A program made the position numbers and the translations under genes. Of a DNA stretch of 64,000 bases, positions 19,907 to 30,373 are shown in pieces. Location: contig JAGWLA010000002.1 in the NCBI GenBank assembly GCA_028865095.1, positions 49,319 to 113,318 on the forward strand, in the 5' to 3' direction. How positions within the stretch are numbered: the first letter of the stretch is position 1; the number at the start of each line of letters is the position of its first letter. The notes under the pieces were generated by a model. It was not told the DNA's origin. It ran no database searches and saw only the letters and a list, made by a program, of their open reading frames with translations. Source of the DNA: Patescibacteria group bacterium. GTDB lineage: Bacteria > Patescibacteriota > Minisyncoccia > Phycocordibacterales > PALSA-1337.

Positions 19907-20620
19907 TCATATGCGTGAAGTGTTGATGGCCGGGGCATCCGCGGGCCTGACCGCTTTGACCTCCTCGAACAGGACGATCAGGATGACGATGGCCGCCCAG
20001 ACCCAGGCGAAGACCTTCAAAGCGTCGCCGGATGCCACGCTGACGATGCCGATATTGAAAGCGGCGTGGGCGGCGATGGCCGCCGCGAGCGCTGCGACGA
20101 CCGCGCCGATCCGGGCCAGCCAGCCCCGGTAGAACGTCATTCCCAGGGCGAAGCCGACGAGGGCCGACGAGAAGACGTGCACCAGCGTCGCCCCGAAATA
20201 GCGCATGTTGCCGTCGACCAGACCCGACGCCAGCCCGCTGTCGGAGAGGGTCCCCATGATGAACAGGGTGTTCTCGAGGGCCGCGAAGCCGAGCGAGACG
20301 GCGACGAAGTAGATCATGGCGTCGATCGGCTCGTCGTACCATCTGCTGCGGAGGGCGATCAGGGCGACGGCCGCGAACTTCAAGGCCTCTTCGATGGCGG
20401 CCCAGAAGATATAAAGGGTGGCCTGGTCGGTGGCGAGGCCGGCCACCGCTTTCTCGGCGGGGATGGCCACGGCCACCGCCGCCATGCCTCCGAGGAAGCA
20501 GGCGGCGAGAAGGGCGCGCGGCTCGGGCTGGCGCTCGTCCTCCCTCGTCCAGAAGAACAGCCAGACGAGCGACGGGACGATGCCGGCCATGAGGGCGTAC
20601 GCGAAAGTCGTGGCGTCCAT
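19907..20620 (-). CDS. PrsW family intramembrane protease
   Basis: EP, IEEALK, GFAALEN, H..FS, H..FN. Start at MDATT (20620) following TATACT. Confidence 0.88.
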   Translation of the reverse strand: MDATTFAYALMAGIVPSLVWLFFWTREDERQPEPRALLAACFLGGMAAVAVAIPAEKAVAGLATDQATLYIFWAAIEEALKFAAVALIALRSRWYDEPIDAMIYFVAVSLGFAALENTLFIMGTLSDSGLASGLVDGNMRYFGATLVHVFSSALVGFALGMTFYRGWLARIGAVVAALAAAIAAHAAFNIGIVSVASGDALKVFAWVWAAIVILIVLFEEVKAVRPADAPAINTSRI

Positions 20621-20662
20621 GCCACTAGTATACACCAGGGCGCTCTGTGATATCATCCATCC

Positions 20663-22399
20663 ATGGATGCCATCGGCAGCATAAAGGCCTATTTCCGCCG
20701 CGCCCGGCGCCGCAAGAGCCGCCGGAACAGCGAGATATACCCCGACGAGGTGCTCGTCGATTCGAGCAACATCCCCGGCTATGACGAGGACCGCTTCGAA
20801 GGCCGGCTCGAGAAGCCCATCCGCAAGAGCGTCCTCTATTCGCTCGGCATCGTCTTCGCCCTGCTGGCGGCGGTCTTCATCTTCCAGGCGGGCAACCTCG
20901 AGCTGGCGAACGGCGCGAGCTATCGCCAGCAGAGCGTGGACAATGCCCTGCGGCCGGTGCCGATATTCGCCAGCAGGGGAGCGATCTTCGACCGGAACGG
21001 GGTGCCGCTCGCCTGGAACGCCCCGTCGCAGGGGATGGCCACCGGCACCGGCGAGGACGCCGTGGCCGAGCGCGAATACGCCACCACCACCGGCCTGGCC
21101 CACGTCATCGGCTACGTCCAGTATCCGTCGAAGGACTCGAACGGCTTCTATTACCGCGACGACTTCGAAGGGGTGAGCGGCGCCGAGAAGTATCTGAACA
21201 GCGTCCTGACGGGGCAGAACGGCTCGCGGCTCGTCGAAGTCGACGCCCGCGGCAAAGTCGTCTCCGAGAGCGTGGTCGAGCCGCCCGTGTCGGGCCAGAC
21301 CGTCGACCTTTCCATCGATAGCGCCGTGCAGTCCGAGCTCTTCAGCAACATCAAGGACATCGCCACCACCTACGGCTTCAGCGGCGGCAGCGGCATCATC
21401 ATGGACGTCCATACCGGCGAGATCATCGCCCTCACCAGCTATCCCGAATACAGCCCCCAGGTCATGTCCGACAAGACCGACGCGGCCGCGGTCAAAGCGG
21501 AGCTGAACGACCCGAACCTGCCGTTCCTCGACCGGGCGGTCGACGGGCTTTATACGCCCGGGTCCATCGTCAAGCCGTACGTGGCCATGGGCGGGCTGAC
21601 CGACGGCGTCATCGATCCCGCCAAGACCATCGACGACACCGGCCTGATCTCCATCCCCAACCCGTACGACCCGTCGCACCCGAGCATATTCCGCGGCTGG
21701 AAGCCCGGAGGCCTCGGCCCCCTCGACGTCCGCCACGCCATCGCTATGTCTTCCGACATCTATTTCTATGCAGTCGGCGGCGGCTACGGCGACCAGAAGG
21801 GCATGGGCATCGACGCCATCGACAAATACCTCGAGCTCTTCGGCCTCGGCGAGGCCATCCCCGATTCCTTCGTGAGCGGGCCGTCCGGCCTCGTTTCGAC
21901 GCCCGCGTGGAAGAAAGCCACGTTCAACGAGCCGTGGTATCTCGGCGACACCTACCACACCGTCATCGGCCAATACGGCACCCAGGTCACGCCCGCCCAG
22001 ATAGTCAGGGCGGTGGCCACGATCGCCAACGGCGGCTCGCTCCTCGTGCCGACGATCGTCAAAGGGGCCGCTCCCACGGTCGAGCGGACCATCGGCCTCC
22101 CGCAGCAGGACTATCAGATCGTCCGCGAAGGCATGCGCCTCGGCGTGGAGGTCGGCACCAGCATCGCCCTGAAAGTCCCGTACACCGACGTGGCCGGCAA
22201 ATCCGGCACCGCCGAGCTCGGCGCGTCCAAGGCGAACGTCAATTCCTGGATCACCGGGTTCTGGCCCTACGAGAGCCCGAAGTACGCTTTCGCGGTGGTC
22301 ATGGAGCACGGAGCGACCAGCAACCTGATCGGCGCCGCCGCCGCCATGCGCCGCACCCTCGACTGGATGTCCGTCCACGCCCCGAGCTATTTCCAGTGA
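20663..22399 (+). CDS. mrdA: Penicillin-binding protein 2 (class B)
   Basis: RGAIFDRNG, GSIVK (SxxK), SSD (SxD), KSGTAE. Confidence 0.88.
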   Translation: MDAIGSIKAYFRRARRRKSRRNSEIYPDEVLVDSSNIPGYDEDRFEGRLEKPIRKSVLYSLGIVFALLAAVFIFQAGNLELANGASYRQQSVDNALRPVPIFASRGAIFDRNGVPLAWNAPSQGMATGTGEDAVAEREYATTTGLAHVIGYVQYPSKDSNGFYYRDDFEGVSGAEKYLNSVLTGQNGSRLVEVDARGKVVSESVVEPPVSGQTVDLSIDSAVQSELFSNIKDIATTYGFSGGSGIIMDVHTGEIIALTSYPEYSPQVMSDKTDAAAVKAELNDPNLPFLDRAVDGLYTPGSIVKPYVAMGGLTDGVIDPAKTIDDTGLISIPNPYDPSHPSIFRGWKPGGLGPLDVRHAIAMSSDIYFYAVGGGYGDQKGMGIDAIDKYLELFGLGEAIPDSFVSGPSGLVSTPAWKKATFNEPWYLGDTYHTVIGQYGTQVTPAQIVRAVATIANGGSLLVPTIVKGAAPTVERTIGLPQQDYQIVREGMRLGVEVGTSIALKVPYTDVAGKSGTAELGASKANVNSWITGFWPYESPKYAFAVVMEHGATSNLIGAAAAMRRTLDWMSVHAPSYFQ

Positions 22400-22506
22400 G
22401 GCGGCCGCCGGGAGCCGGAAGCCGCCCGGCCGTCTTGTCTCTGCGGGAGGCCCCGTGATATGATTAAGCTCCGCATTATTCCTCCGATAATGTCCCTTTC
22501 TTTTTT

Positions 22507-22974
22507 ATGTCCCACGACATCCAGTATCTGACGAAAGAGAAGTTCGCCGACCTCGAGCGAGAGCTCGCGCATCTCCGGACCGACCGCCGCAAAGAAGTGG
22601 CGGAGCACCTCGAGTACGCCAAGAAGCTCGGCGACCTTTCCGAGAACGCCGAATATCACCAGGCCCGCGAAGAGCAGGCCGAGGTCGAAGACCGCATCCG
22701 CAGGCTCGAAGAGCTCCTCAAGCAGGCCGTCATCACCGGCCAGGGAGGGGGCGACGCCGTGACCGTCGGGTCGACGGTCAGGGTCGAGAAGGACGGCGAC
22801 AACAAGTCGGTCGTCTTCACCATCGTCGGGTCGGAGGAAGCCGACACGGCCAGCGGCAAAGTCTCCAACGTCTCTCCCATGGGAGCCGCGCTCCTCGGCC
22901 ACAAGGTCGGCGACGTCATCTCGGTCGCCACCCCCAAAGGCTTCACCGAGTACAAGATCGCCGCGATCAAATAA
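22507..22974 (+). CDS. greA: Transcription elongation factor GreA
   Basis: GDLSENAEY, SPMGAALLG. Confidence 0.97.
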   Translation: MSHDIQYLTKEKFADLERELAHLRTDRRKEVAEHLEYAKKLGDLSENAEYHQAREEQAEVEDRIRRLEELLKQAVITGQGGGDAVTVGSTVRVEKDGDNKSVVFTIVGSEEADTASGKVSNVSPMGAALLGHKVGDVISVATPKGFTEYKIAAIK

Positions 22975-22977
22975 GCG

Positions 22978-24573
22978 ATGTTCTGGGCCGACAGCACCGT
23001 TCAGGATATCGAGAAGCGCTTCTCGGAGAAGGCCGCCTCGGGCGCGCCGATCGTCGTTCGCGACGAGAAGACCGCGTCAGGCCGCGTCCATGTCGGCTCA
23101 TTGAGAGGCGTGGCCATCCACGGCATCATCGCCGAGATCCTCGCCGGCAAGGGCATCGCCGCGAAGTATCTCTTCGAGATCAACGATTTCGACCCCATGG
23201 ACGGCATCCCCGCCTATCTCGACCAAGAGAAGTACGCTCCGTATCTGGGGAAGCCGCTCTGCGATATCCCGTCGCCCGACGGGGCAGCCGCCAATTTCGC
23301 GGAATATTACGCCCAGGAATTCATCGGCGTCATCAAGGAGATCGGCTTCGACCCCGAATTCTACCGCTCGAGCGAAGTCTACCGGTCCGGCCGCTACAAC
23401 GGCTGCATCAAGGCCGCTCTCGAGAGCGCCGGCGCCATCCGCGAGATATACAAGCGGGTGTCCGGGTCGGTGCGCGACGATTCCTGGCTGCCGGTGCAGA
23501 TGATCTGCGAGAAGTGCGGGAAAGTCAGCACTACCAAGGCCCTCTCGTTCGACGGGTCGATGGTGGCCTATGTCTGCTCCGACCTCGAATGGACGAAAGG
23601 CTGCGGCTACAAAGGCGCGGGGTCGCCGTTCGACGGCCATGCCAAGCTTCCGTGGAAAGTCGAATGGGCCGCTAAATTCAAGGTCATCGGCGTCGACGTC
23701 GAAGGGGCCGGCAAGGACCACTCGACTAAAGGCGGCTCCCGCGACGTGGCGGAAGCCATCGCCCGGGAAGTCTTCGCCACCGAGCCGCCGTTCAACATCC
23801 CGTACGAGTTCTTCCACGTGAACGGCCGGAAGATGTCCTCGTCCAAGGGCGCCGGCTCGTCGTCCCGCGAGATGGCCGACCTGCTCCCGCCCCAGATCCT
23901 GCGCCTCCTCCTGCTCCAGAAAGTGCCGCAGCGCGTCATCGATTTCGTCCCCGACGGCGACACCGTGCCGATACTGTACGATGGGTATGACAAGCTCGCC
24001 AAGAGCTATTTCGCCCATGCCCCCGGCGACGACAGCCGTGTCTTCTCGCTGGTGCATTTTCCCGCCATCGCAAGCCTTCTCGCCGAGCGGTTCCTGCCCC
24101 GGTTCTCCGAGGTCGCCTATCTCGTCCAGATGCCGCACATCGACGTCGTCGCCGAGGTCGAGAAGCAGAAAGGGTCCGCGCTCACCGAGGGCGACAAGGC
24201 GGAGATTGCCCTTCGCCGGTCGTATGCGAAGCGCTGGCTCGACGCGTACGCGCCCGAAGACTACAAGTTCGACATCCAGGCGGCTCTCCCTGCGCAGGCC
24301 GCCTCGCTCTCCGCGATCCAAAAGGAGGCGCTGGGGAAGGTGCTCGGCTATGTCAGGTCCCAGAGCGCCCTCGACGGCCAGGGCCTCCATACCGCTCTCC
24401 ATGACATACGGAAATCGATGGGCATCGAGCCAAAAGATTATTTCGAGGCGATATACCTGTCGTTCTTGGGCAAGCCGAGCGGCCCCAAAGCCGGCTGGTT
24501 CTTGAGCGTCCTCGACAAAGCCTTCGTCGAGCAGCGCCTCTCCGAAGCGTCTGCGATCGCAAGACCGAGCTAA
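22978..24573 (+). CDS. lysS: Lysine-tRNA ligase, class I (LysK type)
   Basis: TASGRVHVG (HIGH-like), KLPWKVEWAA, GKDH, KMSSSKG, Zn knuckles. Confidence 0.93.
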   Translation: MFWADSTVQDIEKRFSEKAASGAPIVVRDEKTASGRVHVGSLRGVAIHGIIAEILAGKGIAAKYLFEINDFDPMDGIPAYLDQEKYAPYLGKPLCDIPSPDGAAANFAEYYAQEFIGVIKEIGFDPEFYRSSEVYRSGRYNGCIKAALESAGAIREIYKRVSGSVRDDSWLPVQMICEKCGKVSTTKALSFDGSMVAYVCSDLEWTKGCGYKGAGSPFDGHAKLPWKVEWAAKFKVIGVDVEGAGKDHSTKGGSRDVAEAIAREVFATEPPFNIPYEFFHVNGRKMSSSKGAGSSSREMADLLPPQILRLLLLQKVPQRVIDFVPDGDTVPILYDGYDKLAKSYFAHAPGDDSRVFSLVHFPAIASLLAERFLPRFSEVAYLVQMPHIDVVAEVEKQKGSALTEGDKAEIALRRSYAKRWLDAYAPEDYKFDIQAALPAQAASLSAIQKEALGKVLGYVRSQSALDGQGLHTALHDIRKSMGIEPKDYFEAIYLSFLGKPSGPKAGWFLSVLDKAFVEQRLSEASAIARPS

Positions 24574-24606
24574 GGCCTTACCGTACAGCTGAATATTTTG
24601 CTCGTA

Positions 24607-24690
24607 CTATCCACAGCTTATCCACTGTGGTATTTTTGCGTATTTTGGGGGAAGTGGGGTAAAATACCCATCAAGTGGGATGAAGTGGTA
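24607..24690 (+). promoter_or_regulatory. DnaA-box-like pair and MraZ-binding GTGG repeats upstream of mraZ
   Basis: CTATCCACA (24607) and TTATCCACT (24618); aGTGG at 24654, 24675 and 24685. Confidence 0.6.
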
Positions 24691-24704
24691 TATCCCACAA
24701 ACCT

Positions 24705-25145
24705 ATGATCATCGGCACTCACTTCCACACTATCGACGACAAGAATCGCCTCTCCCTCCCGGCGAGATTCCGCAAGGAAATGGGCAGGGCAGTGGTGATA
24801 ACGCCCGGTCTCGACGACTGCCTCTTCGTCTTCACGGCGAAAGAGTGGGAGAAGATATCGGGCCGCTTGTCGGAAGGCGAGTCCTCGATGCTCAAGGCGG
24901 ACAACCGGAGCTTCAACCGCTACCTTCTGGGGATGGCGGTCGAAGTCGAGGTTGACGCGGCAGGGAGGATGCTCATCCCCGAGCATCTTCGTAGCCGCGC
25001 CAAGCTCCAGTCCAAGGTCGTCCTGATCGGCGTCAGGGACCGCGTGGAGATCTGGGACGAGAGCTCCTGGAAAGCCTATGCGGCCGGCGTCGAGAGCAAA
25101 GCCGACGCTTTGGCCGAGAAGCTCGGCGAGGCAGGGATGCTCTAG
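24705..25145 (+). CDS. mraZ: Transcriptional regulator MraZ
   Basis: IDDKNRLSLPARFR, DAAGRMLIP, RVEIWD. Confidence 0.96.
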   Translation: MIIGTHFHTIDDKNRLSLPARFRKEMGRAVVITPGLDDCLFVFTAKEWEKISGRLSEGESSMLKADNRSFNRYLLGMAVEVEVDAAGRMLIPEHLRSRAKLQSKVVLIGVRDRVEIWDESSWKAYAAGVESKADALAEKLGEAGML

Positions 25146-25151
25146 CCGCAC

Positions 25152-26090
25152 ATGGAAAGCGTACACGAACCGGTTCTTTTACATGAGACAGTCGAGGCAT
25201 TGGTCCGCGGGCGCGGCGAGAGCCGCCCGAACGCGGCGCCATGGTATCTCGACGGCACCCTCGGCGGGGCGGGGCATGCCTTGGCCGTGGCCGAAGCCCT
25301 GAAGGGCAAGCTCGGCATCGTCGGCCTGGACAGGGACCCTGACGCCATCGCCCGGGCAAAGGCCAAGCTCGCCGGAGCGGCTGAAGAGGTCATCCTCGAG
25401 AATGCCAGCTTCCGCAGCCTCGGCGCCGTCCTGGACAAGCACGGCATCGCGGCGGTCGACATGGTCCTCTTCGACCTCGGCATATCGTCCGACCAGCTCG
25501 ACCGCTCGGGGAGAGGCTTCTCCTTCCAGCGCGACGAGGCCCTGCATATGACCATGGGCGACCCGGCCAGCCACCCCTTCACCGCCAAGGACATCGTCAA
25601 CGGGTGGGAGGAGGCGAGCATCGCCGACGCCATATATGCCTACGGGGAGGAGCGCTTCGCCCGGCGGATCGCCCGCGCCATCGTCTCGTACCGGGCCAAG
25701 AAGCCCATCGAGACGTCGGCGGAGCTGGCCGAGGTCGTCAAAGGAGCGGTGCCCGCGCTCCGGAGGCACGGCCCCGGCGCCCGGCGGATCCATCCGGCGA
25801 CGCGCACCTTCCAGGCCCTGCGCATCGCGGTCAACGACGAGCTCGCCGCCCTCAAGGACGGGCTGGCCGCGGGGTACGAGCGCCTGGCTCCCGGCGGGCG
25901 CATGGCGGTCATCTCCTTCCATAGCCTCGAAGACCGCATCGTCAAGGAGTTCTTCAGGGCTAAGGCGGCCGAAGGGGCCGAGCTCGCCTCCAAGAAGCCC
26001 GTCGCGCCGTCCGACGAAGAGATCGAGCGGAACCCGCGCTCCCGGAGCGCCAAGCTGAGGGCCATCGCGAAGCCGGCCGCGAACATTTAA
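25152..26090 (+). CDS. rsmH: 16S rRNA m4C1402 methyltransferase
   Basis: HEPVLL, DGTLGGAGH, DLGISS, FQALRIAVNDEL, FHSLEDR, NPRSRSAKLR. Confidence 0.97.
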   Translation: MESVHEPVLLHETVEALVRGRGESRPNAAPWYLDGTLGGAGHALAVAEALKGKLGIVGLDRDPDAIARAKAKLAGAAEEVILENASFRSLGAVLDKHGIAAVDMVLFDLGISSDQLDRSGRGFSFQRDEALHMTMGDPASHPFTAKDIVNGWEEASIADAIYAYGEERFARRIARAIVSYRAKKPIETSAELAEVVKGAVPALRRHGPGARRIHPATRTFQALRIAVNDELAALKDGLAAGYERLAPGGRMAVISFHSLEDRIVKEFFRAKAAEGAELASKKPVAPSDEEIERNPRSRSAKLRAIAKPAANI

Positions 26091-26143
26091 CCATACACAG
26101 CATCCATAACCGACGCGCTCCGCGCATCATCATCACCACGAAT

Positions 26144-26488
26144 ATGACGAAAACGATCGCACGCACATACGACACCGCATTCGAGAACAGGTCGCGCATC
26201 ACGGCGATCCTCCTTTCCGCGTGCCTCTTCATGGCGCTTTTCTACGCCTATGACGTCTATTCGGTGGTCTCCAAGACCGTGGCTCTCGAGAAGGTCAGCC
26301 GGCAGACGACGGCCGTGAGCGGCGCTATCAGCGCCCTCGACGGGAGCTATATCGCTCTCCTCGGCTCGGTGACCCCCGACGCCCTCGGCGCGTACGGCCT
26401 GGAGGCGGGCCAAGTGGCGGCGTACATCCCGCTCTCCGCTCCGACGGCCTCGCTCGGCGGCTTGGCGTCGGCCGGCCATGAACTCTAA
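26144..26488 (+). CDS. FtsL-like small bitopic protein
   Basis: Single TM followed by a coiled coil, located between rsmH and the PBP gene. Confidence 0.55.
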   Translation: MTKTIARTYDTAFENRSRITAILLSACLFMALFYAYDVYSVVSKTVALEKVSRQTTAVSGAISALDGSYIALLGSVTPDALGAYGLEAGQVAAYIPLSAPTASLGGLASAGHEL

Positions 26489-28199
26489 GCAGCGCTTCCG
26501 CACGCGCCTCATGCTCGCCTGCGTCATCGCGGCGGGCTGCGTCTTGGCCGCCAAGCTGTACGACACCGACATCATCAACGGAGGGGCATATGCCGCCCGG
26601 GCAGCCGCCCAGTATTCGAAGCCGTCATCCGCCCTCTTCGACCGGGGCACCATATTCTTCACCAGCAAGGACGGGACCGAGACCGCTGCCGCCGCGGTGG
26701 AGAACGGCTACCTCGTCTATATGAACCCCATGCAGGTCACCGACCCGCAAGGGGATTATCAGGCATTGTCCACTCTCTTGCCGCTCGACAAAGCGTCCTT
26801 CATCGCCCATGCGACCAAGCCCGGCGACCCTTATGAGGAGATCGCCCACAAGGTCGACGCCAGCACCTCGGCCGCCATCCAGGGCCTCGACCTCACGGGC
26901 ATCAGGACGGCTCCCGAGACGTGGCGCTCGTACCCCGGCGGGACGCTCGCGGCCCACATCCTCGGGGTGATCGGCGAAGACGGGACTTCGACGGCCGTCT
27001 CCGGGCGGTACGGGCTCGAGAAATATTACGACAGCGTACTTTCCAAGCCGGGCGTCGGGCCGAGCATCGACGCTTTCGCTTCTCTCTTCTCGGGGATCAA
27101 GGACTCGGTGTTCGGCGGGAGCGCCCAGCGCTCGGGTGACGTGGTCACCACCATCGACCCTGCCGTGCAGGCCTATCTCGAGCAAGTGCTCTCCCAGACC
27201 GAGAGCACCTGGCATCCCGACCAGATCGGGGGCATCGTCATCGACCCGAATACCGGCGCCATCGTGGCCATGGCCTCCCACCCGACGTTCGACCCTAACG
27301 ACCTCTCGTCCGTGAAGTCGAACGCCGTCCTTTCCGACCCCCTGGTCGAGAGCGTCTACGAGATGGGCTCGATCATGAAGCCGCTCACCATGGCCGCCGC
27401 CCTGGATTCCGGGGCGGTCGGGCCCGATTCGACCTATGACGACACCGGCTGCATGACCGTCAGCGGCCGGAAGATCTGCAATTACGACTTGCGCGCCCGC
27501 GGGCCGGCCACGCCCATGCAGCAGATATTGAGCCAGTCGCTGAACGTCGGCGCGGCCACCATCGCCTTGAAGATGGGCGCGGACGAGTACCGGAAATATT
27601 TCTATTCATACGGGCTCGGCGAGAAGAGCGGCATCGACCTTCCCGACGAGGCCGCCCCGCTCTCCGGCAACCTGACGATCGGCGCGGACGTCGACATCGC
27701 CACGGCTTCCTTCGGGCAAGGGGTCGCCGTCACGCCGGTCGGCATGGCCAGGGCGCTGTCGGTCATCGCCAACGGGGGATATGTGGTGACCCCGCATGTG
27801 GTCAAAGAGATCGACTATGACGACGGCTCGGTCGTGAAAGTGGACCCGCCCCGCGCCGGCCCCGTCCTGTCCCCGAAGACCGTCGAAGAGGTCAAGAACA
27901 TGCTGGTCACCGTAGTGGACAAGGCCTTCAGGCCCGGCACGATCGCCCGGACCCATTACAGCCAGGGAGCCAAGACCGGCACGGCCCAGATCGCCGATCC
28001 CGTCCATGGCGGCTACTATGCCGACCGCTATCTGCACTCCTTCTTCGGCTTCTTCCCGGCGTATTCGCCGCGCTTCCTGGTCTTCTTCTACCAGGTCTAC
28101 CCCAAAGGGGCCGAATACGCGTCGGAGACCCTGACCGCCGCCTATAACGATATGGCCGGTTTTCTGATAAACTACTATGACATACCGCCCGACCGGTAG
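26478..28199 (+). CDS. ftsI: Penicillin-binding protein 3-like (class B)
   Basis: RGTIF, R.YP, GLEKYYD, GSIMK, SLN, KTGTAQ; dcw position. Confidence 0.85.
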   Translation: MNSKQRFRTRLMLACVIAAGCVLAAKLYDTDIINGGAYAARAAAQYSKPSSALFDRGTIFFTSKDGTETAAAAVENGYLVYMNPMQVTDPQGDYQALSTLLPLDKASFIAHATKPGDPYEEIAHKVDASTSAAIQGLDLTGIRTAPETWRSYPGGTLAAHILGVIGEDGTSTAVSGRYGLEKYYDSVLSKPGVGPSIDAFASLFSGIKDSVFGGSAQRSGDVVTTIDPAVQAYLEQVLSQTESTWHPDQIGGIVIDPNTGAIVAMASHPTFDPNDLSSVKSNAVLSDPLVESVYEMGSIMKPLTMAAALDSGAVGPDSTYDDTGCMTVSGRKICNYDLRARGPATPMQQILSQSLNVGAATIALKMGADEYRKYFYSYGLGEKSGIDLPDEAAPLSGNLTIGADVDIATASFGQGVAVTPVGMARALSVIANGGYVVTPHVVKEIDYDDGSVVKVDPPRAGPVLSPKTVEEVKNMLVTVVDKAFRPGTIARTHYSQGAKTGTAQIADPVHGGYYADRYLHSFFGFFPAYSPRFLVFFYQVYPKGAEYASETLTAAYNDMAGFLINYYDIPPDR

Positions 28200-28204
28200 A
28201 TCAT

Positions 28205-29587
28205 ATGGCAATCGCAAAGAAGCTCATCGTATGGATCCTGACCCTGGAATCCCGCGTCATCCTGCGCCGGCAGAAGCCGTTCGTGGTGGCCGTGACCGGC
28301 AGCGTCGGCAAGACCGCCGCTAAGGACGCCATATACGACGTCCTCAAGGGTCGCAGCCGCTGCGTCCGGAAGAGCGAGAAGAGCCTGAACAGCGAGATCG
28401 GCCTCCCGCTCACCGTCATCGGCGCGCCCACCGCCTGGCGGAGCCTCGCAGGCTGGTCGCGCAACCTCATCGTCGGCCTGCGCACGGCTCTCGCCCGGCG
28501 GGGGAGCTACCCCGACCGCCTCGTCCTCGAAGTCGGGGCCGACCATCCCGGAGACATCGAGCGCGTCACGCGCTGGCTCAAGCCCGACATCGCCGTCATC
28601 GCCCGGATCAGCCGCACGCCGGTCCACGTCGAATTCTTCAGATCGCCGGAGCAGGTCTTCAAAGAGAAGGCTTTCCTCGCCGCCGCGGTCAAGCCTGGCG
28701 GCTCGCTGGTCCTTTATGCCGACGACCCCAAGATCGCGTCGCTCGGCGACGGGGCATCCGCCAAGGGCGTGAAGTCCCTGACGTACGGCCTGTCCGAGAG
28801 CGCGTCCGTCCGGGCCGCCGGCCTCGAAGCGCTCTATGACGGGGAAGAGAACCGCGTCTGGAAGGTCGAGGGCGGCCTCGGCGCCGTCTCCAACGGCTTC
28901 GCTTTCTCGCCCGCGTCCCGCCGCTCGCCGATAGGGATGTCGTTCAGCCTTCGGATCGGGACGGAGAGCGCCCCCGTCGAGATCCGCGGCGGCCTCGGCA
29001 TCGGCTACGTCTATTCGTATCTCGCCGCCGCGGCCGTCGGCGCGGCCACGGGCGTCGGCATCGCCGACATCGCCGCCGCCCTCTCGGCTTCCCGCCCGCC
29101 GCGGGGCCGCATGAACATCATCCCCGGCCTGAACGGCTCGACCCTCGTCGACGACACCTATAATTCCTCGCCCGACGCCGCCGAAGCGGCCCTGGAAGCC
29201 GTCAAAGGCCTCGAATGCGCCGGCGCCCGGATCGCCGTCCTCGGCGATATGATGGAGCTCGGGTCCTATGCCGCCGAAGAGCACCGCCGCATCGGCGCTC
29301 TGGCGGCCAAAGCCGTCCAGCGCCTCTATACCGTCGGCCCCCGCTCGCGCTTGACCGCCGACGAAGCCTTGAAGGCCGGCATGCCCGCAGACATGGTGCG
29401 TTCGTTCGATACCGCCGACGAGGCCGCCGCCCATGTCGCCAAGGAAGCGGCCGCCGGCGACGTCATCCTGGTCAAGGGCTCCCAGTCCGTGCGCATGGAG
29501 CGCGTCTCCAAAGCCCTGCTCGCCGAGCCTTCCCGCGCGGCCGAGCTCCTGGTGCGGCAGGAGAGGGAATGGCTTGAGAAGAAGTGA
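28205..29587 (+). CDS. murF: UDP-MurNAc-tripeptide--D-Ala-D-Ala ligase
   Basis: VTGSVGKT, NSEIGLPLT, DDTYNSSP, LGDMMELG, LVKGS. Confidence 0.92.
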   Translation: MAIAKKLIVWILTLESRVILRRQKPFVVAVTGSVGKTAAKDAIYDVLKGRSRCVRKSEKSLNSEIGLPLTVIGAPTAWRSLAGWSRNLIVGLRTALARRGSYPDRLVLEVGADHPGDIERVTRWLKPDIAVIARISRTPVHVEFFRSPEQVFKEKAFLAAAVKPGGSLVLYADDPKIASLGDGASAKGVKSLTYGLSESASVRAAGLEALYDGEENRVWKVEGGLGAVSNGFAFSPASRRSPIGMSFSLRIGTESAPVEIRGGLGIGYVYSYLAAAAVGAATGVGIADIAAALSASRPPRGRMNIIPGLNGSTLVDDTYNSSPDAAEAALEAVKGLECAGARIAVLGDMMELGSYAAEEHRRIGALAAKAVQRLYTVGPRSRLTADEALKAGMPADMVRSFDTADEAAAHVAKEAAAGDVILVKGSQSVRMERVSKALLAEPSRAAELLVRQEREWLEKK

Positions 29588-29629
29588 GAAGTGTGTTATT
29601 TTTCTCTGGCGCCTGCCCGCCATCCACCA

Positions 29630-29701
29630 GGCCCTATCGTCTAACGGCTAGGACGGAGGCTTCTCAAGCCTCAAATCAGGGTTCGATTCCCTGTAGGGTC
29701 A
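29630..29701 (+). tRNA. tRNA-Glu(CUC)
   Basis: GGCCCUA/UAGGGUC acceptor, gaggc-TTCTCAA-gcctc anticodon arm, GGTTCGATTCC T-arm; CCA not encoded. Confidence 0.95.
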
Positions 29702-29787
29702 CAAGATATTGATTTTGTTGTATTAGTATGTTATAATTTAGGTGTGGCTCTTTACAGGGAAGTTTAACTGCAAACGAAAGGCAATGT

Positions 29788-30309
29788 ATGACAAAGCAGA
29801 AAGGCGGCGCGATCGTCGACCTGGGCAATGTCATCATTGCCCATTGGTTGAGTAACATCACTCCGGAAAACTTCCATACGGTCGATTACAACTCGATCCC
29901 GGAAGTTCCCGGAGCCTTCGATGGTCTCAAATGGCTCAATGAAAAATTCGGCGGCAACGTCACTGTGGTCTACAAAGCCACCGACATCGCTACCGAAAAG
30001 ATCATCGCCTGGCTCGCGCATCATCGGTTTGCGGAGCGTACAGGCATCCCACTTGAACGGGTCGACCGCACGAAAGGCGGTCGAGACAAAACCCTTCACA
30101 TGGACCAGTCAAGTCTGACCTATCACGGCACAACCGTGGTGGTCGATGACCGACTAGAGGTCATGAGCTATTTCGTTGGAAAGGCCCCTCATCTGTTCCT
30201 GTTTCGCCCTCAACAACAGGAGGTCGAACAGTTCAACGGCACAGGAGCTCTTTCCCACGTCCACATCGTTCAGTCGTGGCAAGAGATTGAAGACATCCTC
30301 AACATGTAG
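29788..30309 (+). CDS. HAD-like hydrolase (NT5C-like), paralogue 1
   Basis: VDLGNVI motif I variant, GAFDGLKWL, VVDDRLEV motif IV. Confidence 0.65.
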   Translation: MTKQKGGAIVDLGNVIIAHWLSNITPENFHTVDYNSIPEVPGAFDGLKWLNEKFGGNVTVVYKATDIATEKIIAWLAHHRFAERTGIPLERVDRTKGGRDKTLHMDQSSLTYHGTTVVVDDRLEVMSYFVGKAPHLFLFRPQQQEVEQFNGTGALSHVHIVQSWQEIEDILNM

Positions 30310-30373
30310 CCCGCGCGATCCGCTTCGCACGGGCTGCTTTTTATATCCAAAATCTCATGGTACGATTACTGCA

